Notes: a model not told the origin generated them from the sequence alone. Positions 36,291 through 49,732 are shown, counted from the stretch's first letter. The stretch: DNA of 64,000 nucleotides from Phoronis australis (GCA_002633005.1 NMRA01000258.1:1-64000), one strand, 5' to 3'. Numbers and translations are program-made.

Positions 36291-37419
36291 CCTTTTAAGC
36301 ATAGCAATGAATCTGTTTCATGCATACCGGTATTTAAACAAAAAAACATGATGAAGGTTAACTATGCAGCTCCTTAACTCTGCCCTGTTACTAGGCTGGC
36401 TGCCAATAGGAAAGGACAGTTGCAAGTTACCAATTTATCAAATTTGTTTCACTAGGTTGCTTGTTCACAAAAGATCTCTAAATTTGCTTTCTAGGTTTGT
36501 AGACAGACATTAGTCGCACTTGACTGACTGCTGGTTTGGGCAGGTCAACAAACTAAGACATCTGGTTGGTTTTCGATGATGTCTTTCTGCATATTTAACA
36601 GACCAATCTGATTCCTCTATAAGCCAGTTGACCTGGTGCCGAGCTGGCGAAGTCAACCAAGTACAACCATTGTACCTTGTCTATGGTCATAGCATGGGAA
36701 TCATCATCTGAATGATGCGTTCTGTGACTGTATGGTCCTGTCAGTTAGTCTAATATATGGTGGTAGCACTTAGCATATTAGCCAGTGAAACTTCAGCGTT
36801 TTTGCCACACAATGTGAACCTAGTTATAAGGGATAACCAGGGTAATACTTTTTTGATTTTATATTAAAACTGCAAATCCTTTAAGTTATCTTGGAAATCC
36901 CTTTTCTGTCTTAATTACTGTTTCACTGTCGTGTATTTACTATCCATGGAGTAACAAATGAAAGTGACATGAAGGAGCCCCAGAACGCCTGACATCTGGG
37001 TTTTCCATGCCTTCACTCCTATTGAGGAAATAAGATGTCTTTATGGTAAAATCTCACCAATTTCAAAACAAAAATTAAAATTGTCAGAATTGCACTTTTT
37101 TCTTCATTCTTGTGAATGCTTTCAACGTTTCAAAATATTTGCCTTTGGTAGCTATGTTACAAAACCTAGGTGTGTCAAAGCAAAATGAAAATTTCACCTG
37201 TGTATATATAGTGTCCTAAATCGGTTAGTTTTTACCATATACTCCCTTCTGGACAGATTTGTGTTTGCTCCATGGAAGCAAGCCCGTAGCCAGGGCAGGC
37301 CTTTATCCAGGATTTCGAAAATAGGGTGTCCAAAATGGGGTTCCCAGTATGACAGGGCGTCCATAATTCTGACGCGTAACCCCCCCCCATACGAAAAAGT
37401 ACACTGGACTTTCACTTGG

Positions 37420-37680
37420 GACAGGAATTGAAACTCAATTGAGGTTCAATTGAGATTCAATTGAAATTCAATTGAAGTTTTTCCCATGTAAATGAATTGA
37501 TTCAATTCATTAGCATATTCAATAGCCATTCAATAGGAATTCAATAGCCGTTCAATAGCCATTCAATTCTCCATGCAGTACAGGATCATCCCATATTCAA
37601 TTACGATTCAATAGCCGTTCAATAGCCATTCAATAGCCGTTCAATGGCCATTCAATAGCCGTTCAATGGCCATTCAATTA
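37420..37680. repeat. (ATTCAATAGCC)-type short-period array
   Basis: Repeated ttcaat(a/g)gcc units; resembles subterminal repeats of a CMC/EnSpm end. Confidence 0.8.
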
Positions 37681-39171
37681 TTCTAACTAAACAGAATAAT
37701 TTGAATTTCAAGTATTTTCTATAATAAATCAACTCTTTCAAAAAATGATGTATTGTTTGTTAACCTGTTCAAGAGATAAGAATAGTTCACAATCTTCATT
37801 CAACAACCTGGCATGCATGAATACAATAAAATCAAAGACTACTGAACATTTTGAAACCTTAAATCGAAACTTGCACAGGTATTACAATTATCATACAGCA
37901 TCAGTCAAAGAAAAGAAAAACAGAGCCTTAGGCATTTGAGAAGTAGCAGCCTTTGTAAACATTTTGAAGAATATAATGCTGACTAATTGTAGATTGTTTT
38001 TTCAACATTTGTATGCTGAGCCTCTACATGAAATAATCATATGACACTATGAACTTAGTTGAACACATCCATGCGTTGAAGGGTAAATGAGTATTTTATA
38101 TCCAGTGAGCTAAATAAATGTAGGCAATAAGATAACAAATAATAATTTCAGGCATACAAAGCTATAGCAGCAAAATATTAGTTGTCTGAAAAGCACGGTC
38201 CACATGTGATACCAGATCTTTAAATGTCGGCATTGTACAGCCTTTCATGGTCTCTGCAGAACTCTGGAGTCCGCACTTTTCAGAGCACTGAGACTTGATA
38301 TAATCCATTAATTTGAGTTATCTGTCCACAACAGGAACTGATGACCGGCACAGTGTTGGTAGGTCATTGGACAATAGCTCCCAAGAATTATAGTCTTTTT
38401 CACTTCATCGTGCATATTTTCAAAGTCTTCTTCTGTACTAAAAAAGTTGAAAAATATCCAGTTAGAGGGTATCAAATAAAGTATTAAGTAAACTTGAATT
38501 TTGTATTGAGCTTGTCGCTCAGGAAATACATGAATGCTTTCTTATTTAATTAGCCATAGTTTTTAGAAAATTTAATATGCTTTTGACTAAGAGCATTAAT
38601 AAGGGGGTTATTTGCTACACTAATGGAAACTCATGGCTGAAGTTTGATTTTTAGTCCTATGAGCAGAACAGTTAATTAAACCATACTGCAGAGACACTAC
38701 GGGTAGATGACTGGTGGCAATGGCAAACCTCTAATATCTGATACATCTCTTACTTAGTGCCTATAGCTCAATTATTTAGTTTCAGTTCATGTAACCAAAA
38801 TAAAAATTTACTTTTCTCTCATTGATCTGATGTGAGAATTTTAACACAGAATCATAAAAACGTGTTTCTAAGTCTCAAATAAAAGTAAATAAAATATGTT
38901 AGGTCGAAACACGATTAACTGACACTTGTCTTGGCAACTACATGCACATGCAGGTTTTAGTCTGTAACCCAACTCATTTTGAAATCTGTGCTCTAGTACT
39001 TAACTTCCATAACCTTAATCAATTGAATCAGTTAAAAAANACTTTTATTGCAAACTCTTTGATGTTATTGACGGAACATGTTTAATCATTCAAATTGGGT
39101 GATTACCTCCCAGTGTCCTTTTCAGAACTGCCAAGCCTATTTAAATTGTATCTTTATTGAAGAGTTCTATC

Positions 39172-39466
39172 ATATTTTACACGTTTGACACGCTAGCGTG
39201 TCAAAATTTTACACGCTTGACACCATAGCGTGTCAAATTTTACACGTTTGACACGTTAACGTGGCAAATTTTACACGTTTGACACGCTAACGTGGCAAAT
39301 TTTACACGTTTGACACGCTAACGTGGCAAATTTTACACGTTTGACACGCTAGCGTGTCATGTTTTTACACGTTTTACACGTTAACGTGGCAATTTTGACA
39401 CGTATTACACGTTTTTTACACGTCTGACACGTTTGACACGCTCAAAAGCGTGTCAAACGTGTAAAA
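39172..39466. repeat. About 31-bp tandem array (ttttacacgtttgacacgctaacgtggcaaa)
   Basis: About 8-9 similar units with no unique spacers, followed by a CCCGGG terminus-like end at 39478. Confidence 0.85.
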
Positions 39467-39941
39467 TTCTCACCCGGGACATTGGGCGTCCTTGCCAGAA
39501 CCTCCATATTAGTGCTACAGCATCCATTTGGACGCCCAGAACGTACGCTGCATAAAGGCCTGAGCCAGGGGGATTCGGGGTGGGGGGGTTCGATTGAAAC
39601 CCCCCAGCGGAAAAGGTCCATCCCCAGCCTGTTTGTTGGAGATAGGATATATATGGACTACAACAACAACAAAAAATTGTTGCAGCTACTGGTACTGCTA
39701 ACTACAACATTGTAACTAAGTCAGAAGAATTTGCTTCTGATTCAAAGCACTTCACGCAATAATCGGGCCCAGGGCCCAAGTTCGCCCGAGTGGTGTTTGT
39801 GCAGACGACAGGATTGTGCAGACGATTAGAGGAGGCTTAAAGAGGTCGATTCACAGCTTTTTAGTTGTAGTTAATATGTGTACACATGTGCTGACTGTTA
39901 GTAAAGATTGCTTATAAACCACATTTCTTTTTATTCAATAC

Positions 39942-42230
39942 CCCATACCAAAAAAAGCCTTCCAGCAAACACTTGCCGCAAGCTTGCCGCAAAGTTGCGA
40001 CAAGCTTGCTGCAAAAGTTTCTGCAAACCAGCCGCAAACACGTAGAATCAACTCTGACCAGAGTGGATGCAAATTTCCTGCAACCCAGCCGCAAACATTG
40101 CCGCAAGCTTGCGGCATGCTTGCCACAAACATGCAGCAAACTTTTACCATGCAAATGAAGTTTGCCGCAAGCTTGTAGCAAACATCTCTATGTCCTTATA
40201 TGGAACAATTCCTGCAACCCAGCCGCACACATTGCTGCAAGCTTGCCGCAAACATGTTCATGGGGTTATATAGAAATTTCTGCGAACTACCAGAAAAAAT
40301 ATTGCTTCAAGCCTACAACATACTTGAATTGTAGCATGAATAATTTAATGCAAAAATGCCAGCTGACAAATACATAATTTTTATTTCATGCCCGCTTGTT
40401 AAAGCAAGAAAATACACAATCAGCTGCACACTGGAAATGAAAACAAAATCACATGACAATGAATAACAGAAACTATATAAGTGTCTACAGTGGCAATTAG
40501 TAAAAATACTTGTATCACAATCAAAATTGTATCTTGAGAGAACAACTTGAACGTATGCCAAGCTTTAATTACAATATACCTAGATGTTTTATTCTTAGCG
40601 CACGATAAAATCTATAATAATTGCAACGATATTATTTACTTGACTAAACTAACAACAGCAACACAGAGCGTTGAAATGCACTCAACGGAGTGTTTATTAG
40701 CATTGAAAATGGCGCAAAATATGTCGAATGCCAGTGGAGAAAACCATGAAATCTGACTTTCCCCCGGCAGTGATCGGGTCCGCTTCCAGACGTGACGTAA
40801 TTCCGAAGATAGCGGAAGTTGAAAATTTTCTGTTCTCGAAATTTTGTGGGGAAGTGGGAGCGTGTTTTACACGAATAATAGAAGAATATGGGGCTTGAAA
40901 TAAAAAGAAATGTGGTTTATAAGCAATCTTTATTAACAGTCAGCACATGTGTATACATATTAACTACAACTAAATAGCTGTGAATCGACCTCTTCAAACA
41001 TTAATGTATTTCAAGAGGCATTCCTTGAAAACCGTCCTAGCAGTTCAACATGTAGCTAGGCTAGTATGATTAAAGTGAACAACAACCCTAGAAGCATAAA
41101 ACAATAATATAGGGACACTAGTGAAATTAAATTTCTTATTTTTTCATAAATAATGTGGCAGTACCAAAAAATCCCGAGTCATATCCAAGTCCGTACCATA
41201 GCTGCTGACAGACAATATTTTGAAAAATTGTGAGTCTTCACAACAATACTAAATGTCCTTGAAAAATCAAAATGAGTAATTTTTGGCAAAATTTTACTGT
41301 AGCTACAGACTGGCAGCTACCACCTGATTATGAGATAATTTCAAATGTTGGAAAAGTACAAATTGCTCTAAATGCTAATACTTGCACATTTGGTAAAACC
41401 GGGTCATATATTTGTGTATGGTTTGTATTGATATTTATTGTGCTTGTTTACACAACATGCAGGTAACACTGCCTTTGTTGTTTTAAACCAATTGCATTTA
41501 ATATTTTGCTGCACTGACTTTGGCAGCAGTATGAAAGTAAAATGAAAACTTGTTAAGTATAGTGACTGAATAAAAAACAAAGAACATACAGATGCAGTTA
41601 TATTCTCTAGTGTAACTTACCCAACAATAGGTCACACTTAGGTAAGTAATCTAAAATAAGTAACTGCCCTGCTTAGGTTCTGGGATTTGAGGTTTCTTTG
41701 AAATTTAGAAAATAAAAACAATTTCACAATTTCTAACATTGTCACAATATTAATGCTAACACTTTAAACATTGAAGTTTACTACAAATTTCGTTCAAACA
41801 CTTTTTCACCTATTCCTGAGAACACTTTTCACCAATACAGTTTCCTGCAACTTTCTCGCAAACACTTTTTCACCAATAAAGTTTCCTGCAACTTTCCCGC
41901 AAACACTTTTTCACCATTAAAGTTTCCTGCAACTTTCCCACAAACATTTTTTCACCAATTAAGTTTCCTGCAACTTTCCCGCAAACACTTTTCAACAATA
42001 AAGTTTCCTGCAACTTTCCCGCAAACACTTTTTCAATCACCAAGTTTGCCGCAACATTCCTGCAAACTTCAGTGTTTGCAGCAAGGTTGCGGCAATGTGT
42101 GCGGCTGAGTTGTGGGTAGCGGCAAACTCCTGCAAACTTTGCGGCTGGTTTGCTGCAAACAAAATTGTTTGCCGCAAGCTTGCGGCATGTTTGCTGCAAG
42201 CTTGCGGCAAACATGGTCTTTTGGTATGGG
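39942..42230. mobile_element. Non-autonomous EnSpm/CMC-type DNA transposon
   Basis: CCCATACCAAAA / TTTTGGTATGGG termini, 2-bp AC duplication, many TTGCCGCAA subterminal repeats at both ends and a 41-bp tandem array at about 41800-42035. Confidence 0.8.
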
Positions 42231-42662
42231 ACCCCATATTCTTCTATTATTCGTGTAAAACACGCTCCCATTTCCCCACAAAATTTCGAGAACAGAAAAT
42301 TTTCAACTTCGGCTATCTTCAGAATCATGTCACGTCCGGAAGCGGACCCGATCACTGCCGAGTCTGTCCATAGGTTTGTACTGGGACTATCTGGCACAAA
42401 TGGAAGCTTTCTGTTTGTTAGAACGGGTTTATTATGCAACTTGCCAATCAATTCTTTGAAATGTGACACATATGCACATGGTCTTGTGCGTTGCCATAAA
42501 CATTTCATAGTAGTCCTCAATAAAGTGTTCGAGTACAGCCGCACGTCTTTCGCACTGTCTTTCTACGCACGACGTAGCACTGTTGTTGTGTGCCAATTGG
42601 AATACTTATTTCGACATTAAACACATTTTTATACTTCAACTCGATTAAAAATTTGAAGAGCA

Positions 42663-42897
42663 ATGCCGGACTGTTGTGTGATTGGAGGCTGTGACAATGT
42701 GTCAGGGTCTGGGCCTCTGGGGTGTCATTACATAGGTTTCCTACTAACCCCAGACTGCGTCGCAGGTGGGAAGACATCGTAAGGTCCACGAGAAAATTTA
42801 GTGGAGCGTCGCCGTATTTGGTGATATGGAGTAAACATTTTTCTGCAGACTGTTTCGAGATGGACAGCCTGCAATCGCAGTATGGTTGGAAACCAAG
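42663..42897 (+). pseudogene. Decayed THAP-domain exon, probably transposon-derived
   Basis: MPDCCVIGGCDN / (frameshift) GVSLHRFPTNPRLRRRWE...LVIWSKHFSADCF; the CxxHF Cys is replaced by Trp; gtaagt donor follows. Confidence 0.75.
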
Positions 42898-45080
42898 GTA
42901 AGTGAAATTTTAGATAATATTCAAAACTGTAGATGCTGTCGCTTTGCGGAAGCTAGTAGGCCTTGGGCCACACTAGTAAGCGAACAACATTACTAATGGC
43001 GTATAGTGTCGAAGGACACTGTCGGAAGCCGCTTTCTTTTGAATTACGATTTTTGCAACATAATTGTCTGTAGTTGCTTGAATGCTACTTACCTGTCGTA
43101 TTTTTGCAATTAAATAAGCATTATGGGGATTAAATTAATTCGAGTGCGGGTGACTTTTAATGGTTTCGACCCCCTCTCTGTTCAGTAATTACTTAAAATA
43201 GATATAAAATCAAAAATAAGCTTTTGTTATAAAATACAAATTGCTATCCATAAGCTACAACAAAACTTATCCCACCTTAATTGCTTTCAACCTACGCAAA
43301 TCAAGAAACGTAGGACAAAACGGCAAATAGTCTTGCATATCGCAGTTTATCCGTCTACCAGTCCCGATGTTTGAAATTGCTTTATATTTAACTTGAAGTA
43401 TTATAAATAAATCGAAAATAAACATATTCGCATTCAAACTCGCGGCATTGTTTTTGTTTTCCATTTACCTAACATGGTAAAACGTCTGAAGTTGTGCGGT
43501 CATTGTCTTCTGGATCCGCCGCTGTCTCTATATCCGAAGCGACCGGGACACTTGCAGGCACTGGTTCGAACCTGCAGGGCCCGTTTATGTTATCCAGAAC
43601 ACGCTCACGATGGTCGTTGTGCATATTGTCTGTGTCCGACGCTTTATCGTTACAAAAGATTTTCTAAAATTTCCTCACCGTTGGAAGACTCATCGCTAAA
43701 GCTTTCGTAATCCATGTTGGTTTCTGCCTTGTGTGACTGCGGTTTACCAGCCGAGTACATTCCAACAACACAGTTGTCTTTGGGACTGGACATCAGACGC
43801 TTATGTAACCGCCTAGTCTGACTTCAGAATTGACTCAGCTGAAGTTGGAGAAGGTCATTACTGCTGGGCTTATCTAATTAATCATGCTGTGCAGACAGTA
43901 ACTAGCCCAAGTAACAGGCTCCTGCAATGCTATTCTTTGAGTTGAAAAGCAGTTGTTTTGGTGTGAAACTATGTCTTTAATACCATGTAACATTCACCCA
44001 TTTGGCCAAGGTTATACCATAGGGTTACCTACCCACAAGGAAGTCTAGAAGTAAATGTCTATAACTAGCTAAGTTTTAAAGCAGTGAAAGAAATCTGAAA
44101 AAGTAGTGTGGCGTGAATGTCTTTAAATCAACCAAGAAACAAAACAGCAGAAAATATGATTGTTCTCTGCTATTTTAGTATGCTTGCTAGGATGGTAAGG
44201 TGCAGGCATTTCAAATTTTGAATTGGAGGTGATCGTTAAATGGTTAATTGTACATCCAGTGTCCACTTTGTGGATTGGTCGATTGACATGCATCGGCGTG
44301 TACGGTACCGTACACGTTTGTGCGTTTCCATTCTTTTAAATTCAGTACACGCCAACGGTAAGTTCACTATTAAGGCAGTCCTCTGCCGTTGCTCAAACAT
44401 TTAACTAGCGTGACATTTTGTTCTTGCACTAGGAAACGAGCATGTTCACAGTATTAGGGAAAAGCAGGTCTAGACCTAATAAAACTTTGGTCAGAAGTGT
44501 CCCCTCAGTCAATCAGTGGCAATGGTGCACAGCCTCGCAGACTTCGTACGAGCAACAAACTTGATGGAAAAGATTTCTAAGGTTACATGTCACCATTCCA
44601 AAGGGTCTCTTAATATTGAAGGTCCACCACTCTGAAGTTTTACTATAAAGAAGATTCATTTCTCGGACTGTCTGCTAATGACTTGGAACTGACATGAATG
44701 AAATGTTGTATTAATCTGTGTCCATTTAGTATCCATTTATAGGGTATGCAAGACTTGAATAATTCTTAAACATTGATCACAGTGTTTGCAAATGAGCTCA
44801 TTTCTAATCACTGCCAATCATGATTCTTGAACCTAACTAGCGACTCATTCTCAAGCAGTGACAACATCTGGAGCACAGGTCAGGGTTGTGGCGACCAACA
44901 GCTCCTCTAAATTTAAGAAGACTGAATGGGAATCTTGACTGTTTGAAGACAGGCAGGGACACGGGGTAGCCTTTTAACTGCATTTAGTTTCAACCGGCTG
45001 TGAGCACGGTTCCGTCGGTTGAGGTAATAATTCATCAATATCCTACTTCATATTCTTTTAAAACAGTACTAAACTCTGTA

Positions 45081-45584
45081 GGGCCTTTCATACTAACGTT
45101 GACGCGTCGATGGTTTGGGGAGTTGCGGTCGGTATGAACGCTTAATTCTGGTCCTGGATCGCAGTTAACAGCTCCAACTAAGGTTCCAGTTAACAGGTGG
45201 ATTTAAGATCACAGCGTCGACGCCATGGTGCAGTATGAACGCTTAACTCCTGTCCAATCGAAGTTATCGCCAGGTGCCACTGTTATCGTCAACAGTTACA
45301 AGGTAGTTCCCTCACTAATAGCTGTTTATATTTTGCTCTAATTGTAACCAATCAATTTAAAAATAAGTTTAATGTCACTCAGCACATGTATAATTTCAAA
45401 TTCAAAAATTTTAAAAAATCTTAGCATGCAGCACCACCTTGCGATAACTTCGATGACGACAGCGGCACCAACCGCTTACTTTGATGTTCATTAACTACCG
45501 AAGCCAGTGTGAATGGTCCCGTTAACTGCGCTGTTTATATCGATGCTCCCCTCAGACCGGAGTTAAGTCAATATGAAAGGGCCT
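45081..45584. mobile_element. Harbinger-like MITE
   Basis: gggcctttcata ... tatgaaagggcc terminal inverted repeats. Confidence 0.55.
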
Positions 45585-47271
45585 AATCGATTTCCACCAA
45601 TCCTTGTTCTGTCACCTGCTAATGCATCTGACTGGTGTCAATCTTCCAAGTTAAAAGTATACCAAACAAAATAATGCTCTGTAACGGCTCGACAACCCTC
45701 TCAAGCTTTGAGGAAAATTAGAAAACTTACAAATTCTCCCAAAGGGGCAATTGCGACCTACACTTTTAGCAAGTTACGCGGCATCTGTGGGAAAAGACTA
45801 CCCCCAAGGACCATAATGTCCAATTCGTGAGATATTGGGTATGAATTCTTAGTTGATACCAGCTTGTCTTTGAAGATTGATGCCAATGATGCATCAGCAA
45901 GTGAGAGAACAACTTGTTGAAATCATCAAAATAGGGTAAGGAAGGAGGCAATTGAAAATTCTTACACCCCATGTCACAGTTTGGACAGTATGGTCCTTGG
46001 TGGGTGGACTTTTCCCATAGTTGCCATGTCGCAAAAAGCGTATGTCAGGCTTGTCCTTTTAGCAAACTTTGAAAAGAGTTTTCAAATTTTCAGCAAACTT
46101 TTCAGTGAGGGTTGTCAATGGTTACAGAGTATTATTTTTTGTTTCAGAGAACTGGATGGGAAAGTCATTTTTAGTATCTGTCAGTAGGCCAAACCCGGCT
46201 TTGGTTATCTTTTAAAAATGCAAGAACATACTTAGTTTTCCATATTTATAAGGCATACAGGCAATTTCGTATGCGCATGAAATCAATAGTACCCGGATGT
46301 TGTTTTCAGTATAGGTACACCACTTGGCGCATCTAATAACCGAAATATCATTTACTTTTGAATGCAAAAGTATTAAAATTGGGTTCGAAATTTTAGTTAT
46401 TTCTGAGTTAGTGAACCTTCGGAGTAGAGAACCTTTAGAATTGTGGGCTGTTTCCATTTCCAGTGAAACGCGCAAAAATACAACCAGATAAAAATTTGGT
46501 CAAGTCATTCTCAGACTAAAAAATTCTGTCCGAGTATGTATTTAAGCACGCCTGTTTTGAAAGTTTGGCGGAAGGTAACGCGAGAACGTTCTCTTTCTGG
46601 ACCACTTTGCAAATCCGAATTTGAGTCCCATTCCAATTATGAGCAACCGTCGTGGCATCCTCATTTCCGTCTCATCTCAGGAACATAGAGCTGAGAGTCA
46701 TCGTTGTGAAAACAGATTTTCCCTTTCCTAAGCTGCGTCAAGGGCCTTACTGAAAACTACACCGGGTTAATTGACCTTTGCAAAATATCAAAGGTTCACC
46801 GTTCCAGAAATTCGAACCACCTCCTGCGCGATGCCAGGCTGGGCCTGGTAAGTTAATGCAGAACCCGAAGATGCTGTCCCTTTGTTGTGCCATTTCCGTC
46901 ACTTTTTATCTTTCCCTTGGTAGTGCATACTTAGCAATGCAACTGTAATTAACACGTTAAAAAGTCTGTGCAAGATGAGCAGGGAATCACCGATTCTTTC
47001 TAAAGGTAGCGTCAAAAATGGTGGCTTTCCCCTTTAATCTGTAGTTGTTTGAGTTGGCAGAAAATTTCCCTCAATACCACATGGTCATAATATTTTCCTT
47101 TAGTAAACTTGATTACCTTGTTTTGATCAATGTCTCTCATAACTTAGGAGACTCGTGTGACTCGTGTTTTCGTAGCACTAGAGAACTTTAAGGTCACCAC
47201 GTGCTCACTTGAAGAAAGAGCTAAATGTTAATACGATGAATGTTTTCAGTCATCCAGTTGGGTCATAGTAT

Positions 47272-47913
47272 AAGAATCAATAAATCTAGTACTGGACTTA
47301 CGGTATGTGGAGATGGCTACGTTGCGTCCTCCTCTCGAGGACTTCATCAGGCCACTGAGTTGTCATGTGACTTGTCATGTGATCTGTCGTACAGTTTCCG
47401 CAGGATTCTCTTCAGCGCCCTATCCCATGTCCTAGGTAAGTGAAACCGCAGCCCCCCTGTCTATTGAGGCTAGGATTCTCAATCTCTCGTAGATAGCTGC
47501 TTTGACCCCTCTCCGAAACCAATTCTCTTCTCTATCTCGTTTCAACCAGCATCGGAGGTTCAGTTATGGGGACTGCTATGATTCAGCACTTTTTAGTCAC
47601 ATGGCTTCCACAGACCACTCTTTTGCCATTGAAGATGTGAAGATCCTGGATAGAGAAGAAAATTGGTTTCGGAGAGGGGTCAAAGAAGCTATCGACGAGA
47701 GAATTGAGAATCCTAGCCTCAATAGACAGGGGGGGCTGTGGTTTCACTTTACCTAGGACATGGGATAGGGCGCTGAAGAGAATTCCGCGGAAACTGTACG
47801 ACAGATCACATGACAAGTCACGTGACAACTCAGTGGCCTGATGAAGTTCTCGAGAGGACGCAATGCAGCCATTTCCACGTACCGTAAGTCCAGTAATAGA
47901 TTTATTGATTCTT
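47272..47913 (+). mobile_element. Penelope-like element 3' fragment with an inverted terminal duplication
   Basis: GIY-YIG C-terminus SALFSHM...VKILDREENWFRRGVKEAI...PSLNRQGG; 47272-47536 is an inverted copy of 47649-47913. Confidence 0.88.
47834..47871 (+). ncRNA. Minimal hammerhead-ribozyme-like motif, variant core (mirror copy at 47314-47354, -)
   Basis: TGGC-CTGATGA-stem II-GCAA(for GAAA)-...-GCCA in the Penelope 3' region. Confidence 0.5.
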
Positions 47914-49630
47914 AAAGAGCTTTGTTCATATCAATTGTTTTTGTTCAAAGCTTTTAGCAGAGGTAGACTATCTTGGGTATGCATCCATTTACTGTATATG
48001 GTAATGCTTTGCATTACGGCATTTTCTCCGTTGATCCCAGCTTGTTCGATTCCATAGCCCAACAAGTTGGGAAGATGACCCCAGTGTAGCCAATACCGTA
48101 CACAACTGATTAACTCCATTCTGGCAGTTATGGTTGGAGGGCCAACTCTCTTTGGCTCTAATCTTCAATAAGATCATATCTAGCCTGACTGGGCTGTGCT
48201 GTTAAAAATATAAGTTAAGTTTTGACATATTTGAACATAAACCAATAACATTTCTGAATTCTTCGTCAAATGCTGATTATGTTTAGTTTTTGAATCGCCA
48301 AAATCGCCCAACTACAACCGTAGTTACGACAATCCATTTTTTCCGAAAGTACCAATTTGCTCCCAGGGTTTGACTGTGTTTGTGCTTGGCAGTTAACACA
48401 GGAGCTAGATATTATCACATGCTCACAACCCTCTACATGTGGTGAAGTCACTGAATGGGAGAATGCCGTAATGCTTATTTCTGACATACTGCACAAAAAA
48501 TGGGCTTAATAGTCAGGTATAATGTTCGGCACTGTGTTGGATTGAGGGGAGCAAGTGACTGAACATTTGATGCACGTCTCCATGTTGTCCTGTTTGTCAC
48601 TACGGTAGTACTTTGCTCTATAGACATCCAATGTGTAGTCCATTACCATGGTCATTGAGCTTTGTGTTCTGGCATGTCTGACAAAACACCCAAGTTCAGT
48701 TTCTGGATGTTGTCCAAAAAGTTCCTTTTCAGACCATATAAGGGCCACTTTTCTGTCTATTTACTGATCAAAATGTGAAAATCAAAAGAGAGATGACCAC
48801 TACAAGCTAACAATTTCAAAACTTTCCTTGCTAGGATGGGAATTATTTCTTTAACTAGTACATGTATTCAAACAGAACTCGATAGACTACCTGAGTTGAG
48901 CGAGTTGATAAGCTGCCTTCTGGAGTGTGTAAAATGGCTCACCTCCCATGTTAGAATTCATGCCTTTTGCGAACATCATGGTAATTGACCTGTTACTGTA
49001 TTGTGGGTAATCACCTGAGGTTTGGGAGACCTGGTGTCATGGTTGTGCGATTTATTTTTGAAACATTGAAATAGTGGTATCTACAAGTGGAACTGAGGAA
49101 GGCATGTTGAAAGTAATCATGAAATCCCAGAAATATATGACACAAAATTACATGCATTCATGCCAGTGCCTTTGAAAAGTGAAATATCTGCAATTTTGGC
49201 TAATCGTATCTGATGTTGGTGAGATTTCACTGAATGTCTCTTTGATAAATTAACACTAAACTTGTGTCTTTGTGGAGAGTGTTTAAGATCGCCATTATTA
49301 AATGTGCTTATGTGGGCATCAACATAATTATTGTTCTGAAAAAATGGTGACTTTGTAAACTATTCGAGTAATATCAAAGTTCAATAATGTTCCCCAAGTA
49401 TTGACAGTTCAAGCTTATCACCTCCCAAATGTGGACAAAAAGAACTGCCAAATGTGCCCATTTGTTCACTTTTAAAGGTTGAATATAGTTTTTAAATTGT
49501 TTGACAGTGCTCAAGTGGAATTATAATCAAATTCGTCTTGTCCTGCTTCTAGTAAGTTTCTGAGCTTTTACTGATCTCTGATTTTTGCAGCCATGTGAAG
49601 ACTAGCACCTGACCAGCAGGCTGTCATAGA

Positions 49631-49732
49631 ATGCCTCATGGTTTGTTGAGATTCCCATTTGGCAAGTGCCGTGTGTGTGAAGATACAGCCACAGGAGTGC
49701 ATTATGGGGTGGCCACATGTGAAGGTTGCAAG
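49631..49732 (+). CDS. NR1-type nuclear receptor, coding exon 1 (first zinc finger)
   Basis: Acceptor ttgcag ends at 49590; in-frame upstream TGA supports ATG 49631. CRVCEDTATGVHYGVATCEGCK|gtaggc. Confidence 0.92.

Larger units (their letters stand above)
37296..39562. mobile_element. hAT-type non-autonomous element with nested insertions
   Basis: TIR CAGGCCTTTATCCAG / CTGCATAAAGGCCTG; exact 8-bp target duplication AGCCAGGG (37288-37295, 39563-39570). Confidence 0.8.

Noticed and set aside
38215-38440. Coding-looking minus-strand stretch (TEEDFENMHDEVKK...)
   Set aside because: Interrupted by stops and no family motif recognised; at most a transposon remnant.
39172-39466. CRISPR-like regular repeats (also 41800-42035)
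   Set aside because: Head-to-tail units without unique spacers, no cas genes, eukaryotic context.
39912-42620. Cluster of Cys/Ala/Lys-rich ORFs including a 224-aa one
   Set aside because: Produced by TTGCCGCAA subterminal repeats of the EnSpm-like element.
46546-46560. Short match (gcacgcctgttttga) to the Polinton terminus
   Set aside because: Same orientation, no ACTACT end or target duplication and no extended homology; not the missing end.
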